Source of the DNA: Gnetum montanum
Taxonomy: Eukaryota > Plantae > Gnetophyta
Length of the DNA: 64,000 nucleotides
NCBI GenBank assembly: GCA_015680685.1
Contig: MNCI01000596.1
Location: forward strand, 810,612-874,611
Direction of reading: 5' to 3'
The notes under the pieces: generated by a model
The model's input: the letters and a program-made list of their open reading frames with translations, nothing else
Databases searched by the model: none
Told to the model about the DNA's origin: nothing
Made by a program: the position numbers and the translations under genes
Shown here: positions 63,206 to 64,000 of the stretch, piece by piece
How positions within the stretch are numbered: the stretch's first letter is position 1
Layout of the letters: every line of letters starts with the position of its first letter

Positions 63206-63874
63206 TGAGCTCATCTTCAACGGGCACAAGGGTTTCCAATATTGGAATTTGGGGTTTGATTGATTTTATCAAAGTTCCAGATTGGGAATTTGAAGTTGCG
63301 GGTTAGGAAATGCGAGGCATGGAACCAGATGCATCAACGTATAACCCTGGACTTGACACCAGCACTGAGGGAAATAGTGGAAGCACTGATAAAGGAATTG
63401 CCAAAGTTCCGAATGAGAGCAGTGTCAACTAATAGTAGCGAACATCTCATATGTCTTAAGGACTTTCATATTGAGAAAGAAGTACATGGTCTTCCATGCG
63501 CACATAACTTCCATGTGAAGCATATTGATTAATGACTGTAGCTAAATATCAAGTGCCCCCGTTGCCAGTGTTTTTCTTTTCTTAATTTAGATTTTAGGGC
63601 TCTAAACAATATACAGAGATCTCAGGCATCGGCAAGTAGTGTCACAAGCATGCCAGCAAATTGTTATATCAGGGCTCCACCAATGGGCCAGGGTAACCTA
63701 TTGCATTCACAGGATCTGTTACGCACAGTAAGAGTGGTAAATGCAGTTCATAGTGACACAGTCATCGGTGAAAATAACATAGGAGAAGGATCTTCTCAGA
63801 TGAACACATAGCTAAGAGAAAAAACAAAGCATCGTCAAACATATTATGACGGTATGACCGCAACAGCACAGTAA
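63206..63874 (+). pseudogene. SIS3: 5'-truncated, intronless pseudogene fragment of the RING-H2 E3 ligase SIS3 family
   Basis: [99 protein letters not shown] matches SIS3 motifs as I recall them ([46 protein letters not shown]). It carries stops, frameshifts and lost Cys ligands. Confidence 0.85.
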
Positions 63875-64000
63875 AATATGCAGTCATTTTGTACAACCTA
63901 CGATGTGACGATAAGGATAATAGGAGCATGCTCCGATCATGGTCTTCACATTATCGGTGCTTCCTTTTCTGAAATAGGATATGATTAGGTCTTGCACGAT

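Noticed and set aside
1-64000. Host species assignment
   Set aside because: Tat/Athila elements and SIS3 indicate a land plant, but nothing here identifies the taxon.

Overview
This is land-plant nuclear repeat DNA made almost entirely of nested, decayed Ty3/gypsy retrotransposons, with no intact gene. I resolved the nesting from target-site duplications (TSDs). An outer Tat-like element A1 (+ strand, termini not seen) is interrupted by three insertions: a poly(A)-tailed insert with a J-domain remnant (1-637), a pol-less Athila-like element B1 (7100-15519, TSD GTCCT) and a Tat-like element D1 (16956-62388, minus, TSD AATGC). D1 in turn contains Tat-like C1 (20944-39715, minus, TSD CTATG) and Athila-like B2 (48306-56890, minus, TSD GACTT). 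A SIS3-like RING-H2 pseudogene fragment lies at the right end. Main finding: in all three diverged Tat-like elements, gag-protease ends in a conserved stop and is followed by an antisense, multi-exon gene with its own TATA box. Its reconstructed product fuses a catalytically degenerate FCP1/SCP (NIF-type HAD) phosphatase-like domain to a plant-mobile-domain/Transposase_32-like domain. In C1 and D1, RT-RH-aRH-INT then restarts as a separate ORF behind a splice acceptor and its own ATG, and short motif arrays mark the module boundaries. All translations and alignments were done by eye, so domain calls need HMM or structure confirmation.
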